Shown here: in pieces, positions 25,614 to 35,092 of the stretch
Numbering within the stretch: the first letter of the stretch is position 1
Layout: each line of letters starts with the position of its first letter
NCBI GenBank assembly: GCA_964370135.1
Contig: CAYJID010000001.1
Span: 1-52,039, forward strand
Reading direction: 5' to 3'
Length of the DNA: 52,039 nucleotides
DNA from: an uncultured Akkermansia sp.
GTDB taxonomy: Bacteria; Verrucomicrobiota; Verrucomicrobiia; Verrucomicrobiales; Akkermansiaceae
The notes under the pieces: model-generated
What the model was told of the DNA's origin: nothing
The model's database searches: none
What the model saw: only the letters and a program-made list of their open reading frames with translations
Translations under genes and position numbers: made by a program

Positions 25614-26371
25614 TGAGAATCTCCAACGGCAAGCAATTTCATAATGCCTTTGTCCAGTATGCCTATCTGGGAGACAACCCAGTAGGCGAGATCTGGTTGG
25701 GAGATCGCAAGCTCTACCCCTCCGATGAGTCGCGCATCTCGCGTCTCTATGTCGAGCTGCCCGACGAGGGCTCAGATGCGTGGTGCTACCTCCAGCACGG
25801 ACTCGACGCGCTCAAGCTCACCTCAAAGGAGGTGGGCTACATGCTGCTACATGTGGCGGGGATGGAGTACGCGGTGGAGTTCTCGCACTCGGGGCTGCAC
25901 AAGGCAGGGCTGGATCACAATGAGCTCAGCTTCTCCCTCGATGAGGGGCCGTCTCTGCATGACGTGCAGGCTGGCGACGAGATCGAGCTCTCTATCTTTG
26001 TCGGCGTGCGCCAGAGCACGATAGTCTATGCAGACCCCGACAAGATAGCGGAGCTCTTGCCCATCCTCCCCCAGACAAAGCTCTGTGGGAGAGTCGTCAA
26101 AGGGCAGAAGAAGACCAACGCCATCTCCGATTTCTGGCTATTCAATCAAGACGAAGAGCTCTACAAGGGGCAGATTGCCATACGCGGGCACAAGCGCGGC
26201 GTATGGTCGCAGCAACTCAAGACAATCAATGAGCTCCACCCATACCCCCTCTTGCGCGTGCAATGTGAGGCCGCACACTATCCTCACGCCAGTAGCGGCT
26301 CAGGGTGGCTGCTCTATCCCGCCATCTCCAAGACCATCAAAGCAAAAATTACAAAAATCATAGGACAATAA
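25613..26371 (+). CDS. Tail fibre-associated protein
   Basis: AYLGDNPVGEIWLGDRKLYP N-terminal motif typical of genes following tail fibres; coupled by TAATG. Confidence 0.6.
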   Translation: MRISNGKQFHNAFVQYAYLGDNPVGEIWLGDRKLYPSDESRISRLYVELPDEGSDAWCYLQHGLDALKLTSKEVGYMLLHVAGMEYAVEFSHSGLHKAGLDHNELSFSLDEGPSLHDVQAGDEIELSIFVGVRQSTIVYADPDKIAELLPILPQTKLCGRVVKGQKKTNAISDFWLFNQDEELYKGQIAIRGHKRGVWSQQLKTINELHPYPLLRVQCEAAHYPHASSGSGWLLYPAISKTIKAKITKIIGQ

Positions 26372-26377
26372 CAAAAA

Positions 26378-28861
26378 ATGCAAACAAGAATAGGATTCAA
26401 CGGCGGGGAGATGAGCCCCGAGATGGCGTGCCGCGTGGATATGGAAAGCTATCTGCGAGGCTGCAACGTGCTTGAGAACTGGGAGCTGTCCCAGATGGGC
26501 GGCATACGCCGTCGGCGCGGCATGCGCTACATGACGGGCGATCTCTCCGAGAGCTCTATCATCATCCCCTACATCTATAGTTATGACCCCTCCATCGAGG
26601 GGGTATTCCTCATTGAGCTGGATGGGGCGCGCCTGCGTGTGCTCTCGCCGCTGGATGGTGGGGAGCTCGCGAGCTTCTCCGATGGCTCATTCTACCTCGA
26701 CACGGCAGATCTCCAATACAAGCAGATCAACAATCTGCTGCTGCTCATCACCTCCTACAATCGCCCTATGGTGCTGAGTCGCGATGAGGCGGGGGCGTGG
26801 GAGCTTGAGCCATGGGAGTTCAAGAATACGCCGTGGAGGTACAACGAGATACGGGATGAAGAGCTCAAGATCACGCGTCTGGATGATGAATCGGGCGCGC
26901 GCTACACAGTAGACTTTGGCGAGAATGCCGAGTCTGAATCACTCATTGATGGAGCGGACACGCTGCGAGCCTCCTACTGGGTGGAGCGCGCGCAGCTGCA
27001 AGGCTCAGGGCGCGAGATGCGCGAGGGCATCATCCCGCTGGTGCTCCCATTCCCCGAGATCAGCGCAGGGCAGAAGGTAGCGGAGATCTCAGGGGGGAAC
27101 TATAGGTACTACACCTGCCGGCAGGAGTGGACGCGGGTAGACAATTACCTCACAGGGATGAACGATCCCGATAACTACCCTGACAATTTTGTACTTTGCG
27201 AGACAGAGGAGGGTGAGGGCACTCTGGTTTACGTGACTTCATTAGCAGACTTTCCTCACGTCGAGAAGGGCGTGCGCCTCGCGCTGGATGTGAAGTACTG
27301 GAAGCACTACACCTGCATACGCGATCTCACGGCGTCTGACATCGTTGAGGGGGCGACGTCGCCCGCTGATTATCCCTACCATTTCATTGAGGGGATAGCG
27401 GTGGGCGAGGCGGTGCCCTGCCGCGGGACCTGGTCTTTCTTCTGCTCTGGGGTCTGGTATGGAGAATATCAGGTGCGCCGCAGCTATGAGGGCGCGTCTC
27501 TGATGGCGGCATGGGAGGGGAGAGGCTCCTCTAGCTCCTTTGTCGGGGAGGCGAGCAACACGCAGCTCACGGGCGATGAGTCCGAGGAGGAGTGCTACTT
27601 GCAATTGTTCATCACCAAGACTCGCCGTACAGATTGGGAGGAGTTCGCCGAGGGATGGCCGGCAGATAGTTGTGAGAATCGTCTCATTATTGATGGCTAC
27701 AAGAAGCACCTGACATTCTCCGTGACCACGGTCGAGGATGAGGCAGGGGAAATCGTATCGCATGACTGGCAGCAGGTGGGAGGATTCCCGCTGTACTGGC
27801 AGGGCTCGCGCGTCTTCACCGATTGGAGCTGGGCGGCGTTCTCGGATCGCTATGGATTCCCTCAGCTCTGTGAGGTGTACAATCAGAGGCTCGTCTTCGC
27901 CGCGACCCGCGCGCAGCCGCAGACCATCTGGATGAGTCGCGTGGATGATCTCAACAACTTCATGTTGAGCGATACGGACAACGCCGCGCTCGAGCTGACG
28001 ATGTCCACCAGCTCGCAGAATCCCATCATGTGGCTCATCGCTCAGAATCACCGCTTGCTACTCGGTACCGCTGAGGCAGAGTGGATCATCTCGGCGGGGC
28101 AGTCACAGGCGGCGATCACGCCGACGAATGCTCAGCTGGAGGATCATGGGCACATAGGCTCAGAGCGTCTCGTGCTCGCGGCGGTGGATCGCGTGCTCTA
28201 CCTCGAGCGCGGCGCGGGGCGCGTGTATGAGTATGGCTACTCCATCGAGACGGACGGCTACAGGTCGAAAGATCTAACTGTCTTCGCCCCTCATGTGCTC
28301 TCAGATCACGGCGGGGCGGTGAGCTCGACGCTACTACGCAAGCCCGACACGACAGCCGTCTTTGCGCTCGCAGATGGACAGCTGGCTCTCATGACTTACA
28401 ATTCATTCCACAATGTGAACGCATGGCACCGATGGACGACAAACGGAAAGATTCTCAGCGTCTGCGCGCTTCCGAATGGAAGAGGGGCTGACAGGCTCTT
28501 TCTCATCGTGCAGCGTGAGGATGAAATCTCGCTGGAGGTGGTGGACGAGTACAGCGGCTACGCAGACGGCATGCATGACTACGCCTCGACCATGGTGACG
28601 AATGCCCTGAGCAACCCCATGGAGCAGCCCGTGGGCAAAGCACCCCAGCAGGGAACGGCGTTCCGATTCGGCGCGGCATGGGACGCGGAGGGCGTGGAGA
28701 TCACGCGCGACGGCGTGGACTGGATGCAGGTCTCGCGCTCTGGCGAGCAGGTGGCAGGATGGCATGAGCTGATAGCCCCTGCGAAGTGGCAGCATGACAA
28801 CACCGTAGGCCTGCGCCTGTCGGGTGATCGCGGCATTCACATTCTAGCCTTGCAGGGATGA
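26378..28861 (+). CDS. Tail tubular protein B / nozzle (T7 gp12, P22 gp10-like)
   Basis: FNGGEMSP...RVD..Y..G...LEN......GG..RRRG N-terminus; GFP.....YNQRLVFA, IWMSR..D..NF, AWHRWTT. Confidence 0.88.
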   Translation: MQTRIGFNGGEMSPEMACRVDMESYLRGCNVLENWELSQMGGIRRRRGMRYMTGDLSESSIIIPYIYSYDPSIEGVFLIELDGARLRVLSPLDGGELASFSDGSFYLDTADLQYKQINNLLLLITSYNRPMVLSRDEAGAWELEPWEFKNTPWRYNEIRDEELKITRLDDESGARYTVDFGENAESESLIDGADTLRASYWVERAQLQGSGREMREGIIPLVLPFPEISAGQKVAEISGGNYRYYTCRQEWTRVDNYLTGMNDPDNYPDNFVLCETEEGEGTLVYVTSLADFPHVEKGVRLALDVKYWKHYTCIRDLTASDIVEGATSPADYPYHFIEGIAVGEAVPCRGTWSFFCSGVWYGEYQVRRSYEGASLMAAWEGRGSSSSFVGEASNTQLTGDESEEECYLQLFITKTRRTDWEEFAEGWPADSCENRLIIDGYKKHLTFSVTTVEDEAGEIVSHDWQQVGGFPLYWQGSRVFTDWSWAAFSDRYGFPQLCEVYNQRLVFAATRAQPQTIWMSRVDDLNNFMLSDTDNAALELTMSTSSQNPIMWLIAQNHRLLLGTAEAEWIISAGQSQAAITPTNAQLEDHGHIGSERLVLAAVDRVLYLERGAGRVYEYGYSIETDGYRSKDLTVFAPHVLSDHGGAVSSTLLRKPDTTAVFALADGQLALMTYNSFHNVNAWHRWTTNGKILSVCALPNGRGADRLFLIVQREDEISLEVVDEYSGYADGMHDYASTMVTNALSNPMEQPVGKAPQQGTAFRFGAAWDAEGVEITRDGVDWMQVSRSGEQVAGWHELIAPAKWQHDNTVGLRLSGDRGIHILALQG

Positions 28862-29193
28862 TGAGAGACGCATTGCAAGAGACGCAGACTCTTCTCAATG
28901 CACGTGAGGAGGGACTCTATCAGAAGCATCTCACGGCCGCCATCGCGTCGGGGGGAGTGGTGCATCTCTCGACGAGTTGCGTGTTTATCGGGATGCCCTT
29001 CAATGACGGGGTTCTCGTGCTCTTCTGCTGTGGAGATGGTCGCGAGCTGGGCGATCTCTGCGGGCTGATGGCGCGCCGCTACGACATGGCGTACTGGAAG
29101 CGCGAATTCAAGAAGGGCTATCAGGGGCTGAAATCCGCGCCCCTCTCCAAGTTTGCCCGCCTCATAGAAAGGATGTACCCTCACCATGGCTAA
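28858..29193 (+). CDS. Hypothetical phage protein
   Basis: Overlaps both neighbours; position matches the small gene often following tail tubular B. Confidence 0.55.
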   Translation: MMRDALQETQTLLNAREEGLYQKHLTAAIASGGVVHLSTSCVFIGMPFNDGVLVLFCCGDGRELGDLCGLMARRYDMAYWKREFKKGYQGLKSAPLSKFARLIERMYPHHG

Positions 29194-30787
29194 GGACTGG
29201 TATGAGGGCTGCACCGCGTCGCGCCACTGGCGGCTCAATCATCTCTACCACATCCTCACGAAGGACAAGGGGGTGACGCGCTTCCGCATGAACAAGCAGC
29301 AAGAGCACCTCTTGAAGAACCTCTGGAATCGCAACTTGATCCTCAAGGCGCGTCAGCTGGGCATGTCTACATTCATGGCTATCCTGATGCTTGATTGCTG
29401 TCTGTTCCAGAAGGATTTTCAGGCGGGCGTGATTGACAAGACGCTGGAGGATGCGAAGGGGAAGCTCGACAAGATACGCCTTGCGGTGGATCTCATGCGC
29501 GACCCCGAGGAGCTGGCGCATGACCATGTAGAGGATGCTGAGGATAGACGGCAGATCGCGCTCTACACTCAGGCGATGATCCAAGCGGTGAATCCCCGCA
29601 TCGACGCGCTGCAGGGTCGCTTTGACAATGGCAGCAAGATATCCGTGGGGACGTCGCTACGCGGCGGCACCTTCCAGATGCTGCACATCTCAGAGTTCGG
29701 ACACATCGCCGCGAATTACCCTGGCAAAGCCGCCGAGATCCTCAGCGGTGGTGTGAATGCCGTCTCTAGCAAGGGGGTGATCGTGATGGAATCCACCCAT
29801 GAGGGCGGGAAGTACGGCGAGCACTACCGCCTGCTTACGACAGCCATGGACAATGTAGGGAAAAAACTCTCGGCACTGGAGGATAGGTTTTTCTTCTTCC
29901 CATGGTATGAGCAGGAGGAGTACCGCCTGCCTGTGAACCGAGAAATCCCGCTGAAGCTGAGGGAGTATTTTTCGATGCTAGCCGAGAAGGGCGTCCACCT
30001 CGATGCAGAGCAGAAGACATGGTACGCCGTGCAGTCGGCGAAGTTCGGGCATCTGGTGAAGCGCGAGTTCCCCACCACACCTGAGGAGGCATTCGAGCAG
30101 CAGGTGGAGGGCGCGATCTATGGGCGTCAGCTCATGGCTCTGCGTTCGCAGGGCAAGCTCGCGGCTGATCTGGAGGTGGACGCCTACGCGCCGCTCTATG
30201 TGTCGTGGGACATCGGCATGAGCGATTATACAGCCATGTGGCTGTGGCAGGTGGTGGCGGGGCGTTACCACGCGCTTGATTATTACTGCGCGAATGATTT
30301 TCCCATCGCTCATTATATTGATGTCGTGCACCGATGGGAGAGAGATTACAAGCAGGTGATTTCTCGTCATTTGTTGCCTCACGATGCCGCGAGGAGAGAC
30401 TGGGAGGGCACGAGCTTCTCGGACAGACTCACCGCGGCGGGCTTCTGCAGCACAATTATTCCACGCACGCGCGACGTGTGGGCGGGCATCCACGCGCTGC
30501 GTGATCTGCTGCCTCATTGTGTCTTTGACCGCCGATGCGCTGAGCCTGTGGTTGCCGATGGCACTGAATACATGGCGGGGCTCGACGCGCTGCAAAATTA
30601 TCAGAAAAAACCTAATACTCAAACATCTAAAGACGAGCCGCTGCATGATCAGTGCAGCCACGGCGCGGACGCCGCTCGCTATTTCGCCGAGGCCTGCGCG
30701 GCGGGGCTGGTCTCGAAATACGAGCGCGATCAGGCTCCACGCCGTCGCGTGAGGCGTACGCGCGGTGTCCCCGAAGAGTGGGATTAG
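29186..30787 (+). CDS. terL: Terminase large subunit
   Basis: Walker A ILKARQLGMST, Walker B LHISEFG, MEST, FFFFPW, nuclease SWDIGMSD and HGADAARY. Confidence 0.95.
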   Translation: MAKDWYEGCTASRHWRLNHLYHILTKDKGVTRFRMNKQQEHLLKNLWNRNLILKARQLGMSTFMAILMLDCCLFQKDFQAGVIDKTLEDAKGKLDKIRLAVDLMRDPEELAHDHVEDAEDRRQIALYTQAMIQAVNPRIDALQGRFDNGSKISVGTSLRGGTFQMLHISEFGHIAANYPGKAAEILSGGVNAVSSKGVIVMESTHEGGKYGEHYRLLTTAMDNVGKKLSALEDRFFFFPWYEQEEYRLPVNREIPLKLREYFSMLAEKGVHLDAEQKTWYAVQSAKFGHLVKREFPTTPEEAFEQQVEGAIYGRQLMALRSQGKLAADLEVDAYAPLYVSWDIGMSDYTAMWLWQVVAGRYHALDYYCANDFPIAHYIDVVHRWERDYKQVISRHLLPHDAARRDWEGTSFSDRLTAAGFCSTIIPRTRDVWAGIHALRDLLPHCVFDRRCAEPVVADGTEYMAGLDALQNYQKKPNTQTSKDEPLHDQCSHGADAARYFAEACAAGLVSKYERDQAPRRRVRRTRGVPEEWD

Positions 30788-30833
30788 CATGAGACTGACT
30801 GCTCCTAGGGGGCTTATGTGAGATTGCACCCTG

Positions 30834-30862
30834 TTGACAGATCTCATTTTTTTTGAGAAAAT
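30834..30862 (+). promoter_or_regulatory. Promoter upstream of hairpin RNA and lysis/head genes
   Basis: TTGACA-17 bp-GAAAAT with TGn extension; predicted start near 30868. Confidence 0.55.
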
Positions 30863-30867
30863 TTATC

Positions 30868-30953
30868 TGCCGCGCGAGCTACGTGCCTGCCATATCGAGG
30901 AGGGTTTCGTTCATGTTGGTTTCTTTCGCCCCTCCTCCGTAGCTCGCGCGGCA
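30868..30953 (+). ncRNA. Putative hairpin small RNA or structured 5' leader
   Basis: 16-bp perfect stem TGCCGCGCGAGCTACG/CGTAGCTCGCGCGGCA plus inner stem GAGGAGGG/CCCTCCTC enclosing a 25-nt U-rich loop. Confidence 0.6.
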
Positions 30954-30964
30954 CCTCCTCACCC

Positions 30965-31165
30965 ATGATCACCATCCAGACAAAGCCCGGTTTCTCCTAT
31001 TGCCTGTGCGCCGCCGCGCGCACGACGGTCTCAGCCGTGCATGAGGGAGCTACTTTTGAGCTCGCCACGCATGACGGCAGTGACAAGCAGCTCTACTTTG
31101 TCGCCTTCAGCGCATCCGTGCTCGTGGATAGCGAGGGTGATTTCTTCCTTCAAGAACTCGAATAA
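30965..31165 (+). CDS. Small hypothetical phage protein
   Basis: 66-aa ORF filling the gap between the hairpin and the holin-like gene. Confidence 0.55.
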   Translation: MITIQTKPGFSYCLCAAARTTVSAVHEGATFELATHDGSDKQLYFVAFSASVLVDSEGDFFLQELE

Positions 31166-31169
31166 TCAC

Positions 31170-31460
31170 ATGCTCAGCTGGTTCACAGGCTCTACACTCC
31201 TAGGATCTGCCGCTATCACGGCTGACCCTACTGTCACCACGGGGGGGCTCGTCATCGCGGGGCTCTCCTTTGTCGGCTATTTCATCCGACACCAACAAGG
31301 CGAGATCAAACGCCTCACCGAGCGACTCGACGAAGCCAAGAAGCAAAGCGAGAAGCGAGAAGAAGAAGCCCGCCTACAAAGCGAGAAGCGAGAAGCCGAG
31401 ATTCGAGACCTACGCCACCAGCTCGCAGACCTCCAAAAAAAAACGAAGACGACACCATGA
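31170..31460 (+). CDS. Holin-like membrane protein (TM plus coiled coil)
   Basis: GGLVIAGLSFVGYFI TM helix and charged coiled tail; ATGA overlap with the endolysin. Confidence 0.55.
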   Translation: MLSWFTGSTLLGSAAITADPTVTTGGLVIAGLSFVGYFIRHQQGEIKRLTERLDEAKKQSEKREEEARLQSEKREAEIRDLRHQLADLQKKTKTTP

Positions 31461-32041
31461 CCCCAGCCACCATCATCAAGCGTATCCAGCTCATCGTGGG
31501 CGCAGATCCAGACGCGATCATCGGCACGCAGACGCGCCGCGCCATCGCCGCCTACGTCGGCGAGAGCAATCCCCCCACATGGCCGAGTAAAAAGGCCATC
31601 CGCACAGGCAAGACACTCTTTGACCGCGCGGGGGACTTCCCTATGACGAGCATCACGCCCCCTTATCCCCTGTACTATCAGGGCAATGAGATCAAGAAGA
31701 TAGCCGTACATGCCGAGGTAGCCCCCTTCGTCGAGACCGCGCTCGAGCGTGTGCTGCGCCACTACGGCCGCGAGCGCATCGAGCAGCTGGGGCTCGACAT
31801 CTTCGACGGCTGCTACAACAATCGCCGCGTACGCGGTGGGCAGAGCACCTCCATGCACGCGTGGGCAATCGCTTTAGACTTCGACGCGGCGCACAATGGG
31901 AATAGCACACGCGGGAACAAGGCGCGCTTTACCGCGCCTGAGTACGACTTCTGGTGGATCGCATGGATGAGCGTGGGGGCGCGCCCCTTTGGGCTCTTCA
32001 ACGACCGCGACTACATGCACATCGAGTTCACCCTTTATTAA
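31457..32041 (+). CDS. Endolysin, M15-family Zn peptidase
   Basis: SMHAWAIALD and DYMHIE motifs; N-terminal IQLIVGADPDAIIG PG-binding-like segment. Confidence 0.88.
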   Translation: MTPATIIKRIQLIVGADPDAIIGTQTRRAIAAYVGESNPPTWPSKKAIRTGKTLFDRAGDFPMTSITPPYPLYYQGNEIKKIAVHAEVAPFVETALERVLRHYGRERIEQLGLDIFDGCYNNRRVRGGQSTSMHAWAIALDFDAAHNGNSTRGNKARFTAPEYDFWWIAWMSVGARPFGLFNDRDYMHIEFTLY

Positions 32042-32049
32042 GAACGACT

Positions 32050-32343
32050 ATGGGATTAGTAGGTGATGTCGTAGGCGGTCTCGTCGGATTAGGCGCAAGC
32101 ATATTCGGAAGCAACCAAGCCAAGAAACAGGCTGAGAAAGAAGCCGCCGCCGCCGAGCGCGCGCGGCTCGCGTCTGCTACCGTACAAGCCGTCTCGACCA
32201 AGAACACCGTCGAGGCGAGTGACACAGGCGAGACCGCCGAGACCGCCACCGCCTCAAAGAAGAAGCGACGCTTCTCCGTGAGCAAGACGGTGAACAACGC
32301 GGGCATGGCTGCCAGCCTCACAGGAAAAAGCATCCTAGGATGA
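32050..32343 (+). CDS. Small virion-associated protein preceding the portal
   Basis: Gly-rich hydrophobic N-terminus, Ala/Thr-rich body, ends GKSILG with an ATGA overlap to the portal. Confidence 0.6.
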   Translation: MGLVGDVVGGLVGLGASIFGSNQAKKQAEKEAAAAERARLASATVQAVSTKNTVEASDTGETAETATASKKKRRFSVSKTVNNAGMAASLTGKSILG

Positions 32344-34052
32344 GTACAGATTATTACCGCATCGCCAGCACGCTCTTCAACCAGATGGAGGGTGCAAAGA
32401 GCAGCTGGGAAGAGCCAGCACTTCTCATCGACCCCGAGCTCGTGGAGCTCTCCGATAGGCAGGAGCGATTCAGCGGCGGCGTGCCCTTCACCCTCGCCCC
32501 GACGAAGAAGAAGAAAAAAGCGCGCAAGACCTGCTCGCGCGCCCGCACCAATGCGCGCAAGCTCGCCGCCTCCATGATGCACAATTTGACGCCCGCCGGC
32601 TCAAAATGGTTCCGCTATGATGACGGCATGGAGAAGCAGGACCAGGGTGACTCGGATGATGATCACTGGTTCGCCATGGCGTCCGAGATCGCGATTCGTA
32701 GCTTCTCTGCGTCGAATCTCTATGAGGTGCTGACCATGGCCTTTTATGACCGTGTCTTTGGCACAGGCGCCTTTCTCGCCGAGCACGAGGGCTCACGACT
32801 CGTATTCACCCATATCCCTTTGGGTACCTACGCCATCGGACAGAATCAGTTCAACGAGGTCGATACGCTTGTTCGCAAGTTCAGCTACACTCCGCACCAA
32901 GCCGCCGAAGCCTTCGGCCTCGATGCGCTCACCAAGGCGATGAAAGAAGCCTACGCGGACGACTCACGCCGCTACGGCTCTGAGTTCGAGATCTGGCACA
33001 TCGTTCTGCCTCGCACAAACGCTATTGCAGGACTCCAAGACCTCGCGCCGAATCAGCGCAAGTGGGCGAGCATCTACCTGTGCAGCCAAGACAAAAAGAT
33101 CCTAAAGGAAGATGGCTATTACGAGTTCCCCTACTGCGTGACACGCTTCCTACGCAAGGGCAATCGCCTCTACGGCACATCGCCCGCTAGTGAGGTGCTC
33201 GACGAGATGCGCGACCTCATCAAGCACAGAGAAGCCCTCAGCATCATCGGGCAACGCCAAGCTATCCCCTCCATCCTCACCCTCGCCGAGGAGGCAGGAG
33301 AGATCGACATGCGCGCGGGCGGCCAGACCATCATCTCGGAGAAAGCCGCCTCCTTGGGCTTCCCCAAGGAATGGGCAGGAGGAGGACGCTTTGACATCGG
33401 GCTCAATATTCTCGAGCAATACAATGCCGAGATAGACAATGCGTTTTTCATCCCCATCATCGAAGCCATTGGCTCAGTAGATCGCCAGATGACGGCGACG
33501 CAAGCGCGCCTGCTGGATGCCGAGCGCACGCTCATCATGATGCCGAGCTTCATTCAGTTCGTCAATGACTTCAGCCCCCTCATGCGCCGTGTCCTCGCCC
33601 TGCTGCTACGCGCGGGCGACATCCCTAGAGACACCGCGCCCGACAGCGTCCTCAAGACATTCCTCGATGAAGACAAGAATGAGCGCGTCCTGCTGCTGAG
33701 TCCCAACGTCTCCTATCTCGGGCCCATGGCGCAAGCCATCGACAGCGCGCAGAAAATCTCTCTAGATGGCACGCTCCAAGAGATGATTGCAATAGCACAA
33801 TCCGCCGTCGAGATGGGGCTGCCCAACCCATTCGAACACATCGACCTCGACTACCTCACACGATGGCGTTACACCATCTCCGCCGCCCCCATCAAGGGGC
33901 TCAAGCCACGCGACCAAGTCGCCGATGAGCGCCAGCAGAAGCAAGAGGCAGCGATGCAGATGCAAGCCGCCCAGATGCAGCAGATACAAGCCGCCGCGAA
34001 CCGCGACAACGCCCAAGCCGCCGCCACCGAGCAAGCCATCCCCCCACAATAA
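32340..34052 (+). CDS. Portal (head-to-tail connector), T7/BPP-1 type
   Basis: LAASMMHNLTP..KWF, FGTG, GYYEFPY.V.RF, YG.SPA, RQMTATQ and Gln-rich C-terminus. Confidence 0.92.
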   Translation: MSTDYYRIASTLFNQMEGAKSSWEEPALLIDPELVELSDRQERFSGGVPFTLAPTKKKKKARKTCSRARTNARKLAASMMHNLTPAGSKWFRYDDGMEKQDQGDSDDDHWFAMASEIAIRSFSASNLYEVLTMAFYDRVFGTGAFLAEHEGSRLVFTHIPLGTYAIGQNQFNEVDTLVRKFSYTPHQAAEAFGLDALTKAMKEAYADDSRRYGSEFEIWHIVLPRTNAIAGLQDLAPNQRKWASIYLCSQDKKILKEDGYYEFPYCVTRFLRKGNRLYGTSPASEVLDEMRDLIKHREALSIIGQRQAIPSILTLAEEAGEIDMRAGGQTIISEKAASLGFPKEWAGGGRFDIGLNILEQYNAEIDNAFFIPIIEAIGSVDRQMTATQARLLDAERTLIMMPSFIQFVNDFSPLMRRVLALLLRAGDIPRDTAPDSVLKTFLDEDKNERVLLLSPNVSYLGPMAQAIDSAQKISLDGTLQEMIAIAQSAVEMGLPNPFEHIDLDYLTRWRYTISAAPIKGLKPRDQVADERQQKQEAAMQMQAAQMQQIQAAANRDNAQAAATEQAIPPQ

Positions 34053-34054
34053 TC

Positions 34055-34312
34055 ATGACATTACAAGAAGCCGAAGCCCTCCAATCCCAGCGCAACCGCG
34101 AGATCCAAGCCGCGCGCGCCACCATCCAGAAGCAGGTCACCCCCGAGCTGCTCACCATTCTCAAGCAGCGATTCAAGTACCATCTGCCCGTGTTCCAGAA
34201 AGGCACAGACGGCAAGCTTGACCCCCTCACCGCCGCCTGCATGGACGGCGCACATGAGGTCATCAAGTGGCTCGAATACGAGCTTGAGCAACCCACCACC
34301 AGCCACTCCTAA
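34055..34312 (+). CDS. Small phage protein after the portal (Bbp19-like)
   Basis: L..L..RF....PVF......DP..A...DG..EVI.WL pattern and conserved position. Confidence 0.65.
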   Translation: MTLQEAEALQSQRNREIQAARATIQKQVTPELLTILKQRFKYHLPVFQKGTDGKLDPLTAACMDGAHEVIKWLEYELEQPTTSHS

Positions 34313-34315
34313 ACC

Positions 34316-35062
34316 ATGGACAGCGACACGACAAGCACCAGCCCCCCCGACAGCTCCCCCGCGTCTGCCGAGACTCAGAGCGTAGAGAATGACAACCCCT
34401 TCCTCTACGACTCCGAGCCCCCCGCAGAATCCCCCGAGGGAGAAAGCCCCCCCGATACCACCCCCAACCCTAACCCCAACCCCGAGAACGTCCCCGACCC
34501 CGAGGGAGAAGCCCCACCACCCGAGCCCGAGTCCTACACCCTCGATCTCGGCGAGTACTGGGGCGGCACCGACGAGCTACGCGGACACATCCACACCCGC
34601 GCGCAAGAAGCAGGCATCACCCCCGAGCAGGGTAGCCGCTTCGTCTCCTCCGTCATCGCCGACATGCACGCCGAAGAAAGCGCGCGCCTGCAAGCAGGAG
34701 CCAAGCAGCTCCGCGCCGACTGGGGCGAGTCCTACACCGCCAATGTGAAGGCGACGCAGGACTTTATCCTACGCGCCGCAAAGGGCGCAGGACTCAGCCC
34801 CGAGCAAGTAGCCGCCCTCAACTCACGCGAGGGCTTCTTGCTCATGAACTCCATCCGTCAAGGACTAGGTGAGAGCCGCGCCGCGAGCAACGCCAGCCCC
34901 AGCCAGACCAGCAGCCGCGACCAAGCCCGCGACATGCTCCACAACCCCAACAATCCCCACTATGAAGGGCTCACGAATCGCGAAGCCCCTATCGAGCAAA
35001 GACGCGCCGCCATACGCCAGTATAACAGCCTCATGGGGCGTACCGTCTTTATTGAGCCCTAA
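34316..35062 (+). CDS. Capsid assembly / scaffolding protein
   Basis: Acidic Pro-rich N-terminus, PEPESY.L, G.TPEQ and LRADWG..Y..N motifs; directly upstream of the capsid gene. Confidence 0.8.
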   Translation: MDSDTTSTSPPDSSPASAETQSVENDNPFLYDSEPPAESPEGESPPDTTPNPNPNPENVPDPEGEAPPPEPESYTLDLGEYWGGTDELRGHIHTRAQEAGITPEQGSRFVSSVIADMHAEESARLQAGAKQLRADWGESYTANVKATQDFILRAAKGAGLSPEQVAALNSREGFLLMNSIRQGLGESRAASNASPSQTSSRDQARDMLHNPNNPHYEGLTNREAPIEQRRAAIRQYNSLMGRTVFIEP

Positions 35063-35092
35063 ACCCTAGTAATACAAATAAAATAGAATAAT

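Noticed and set aside
23580..26371. Diversity-generating retroelement or invertible tail-fibre switch
   Set aside because: No reverse transcriptase, invertase or template/variable repeat pair was seen.
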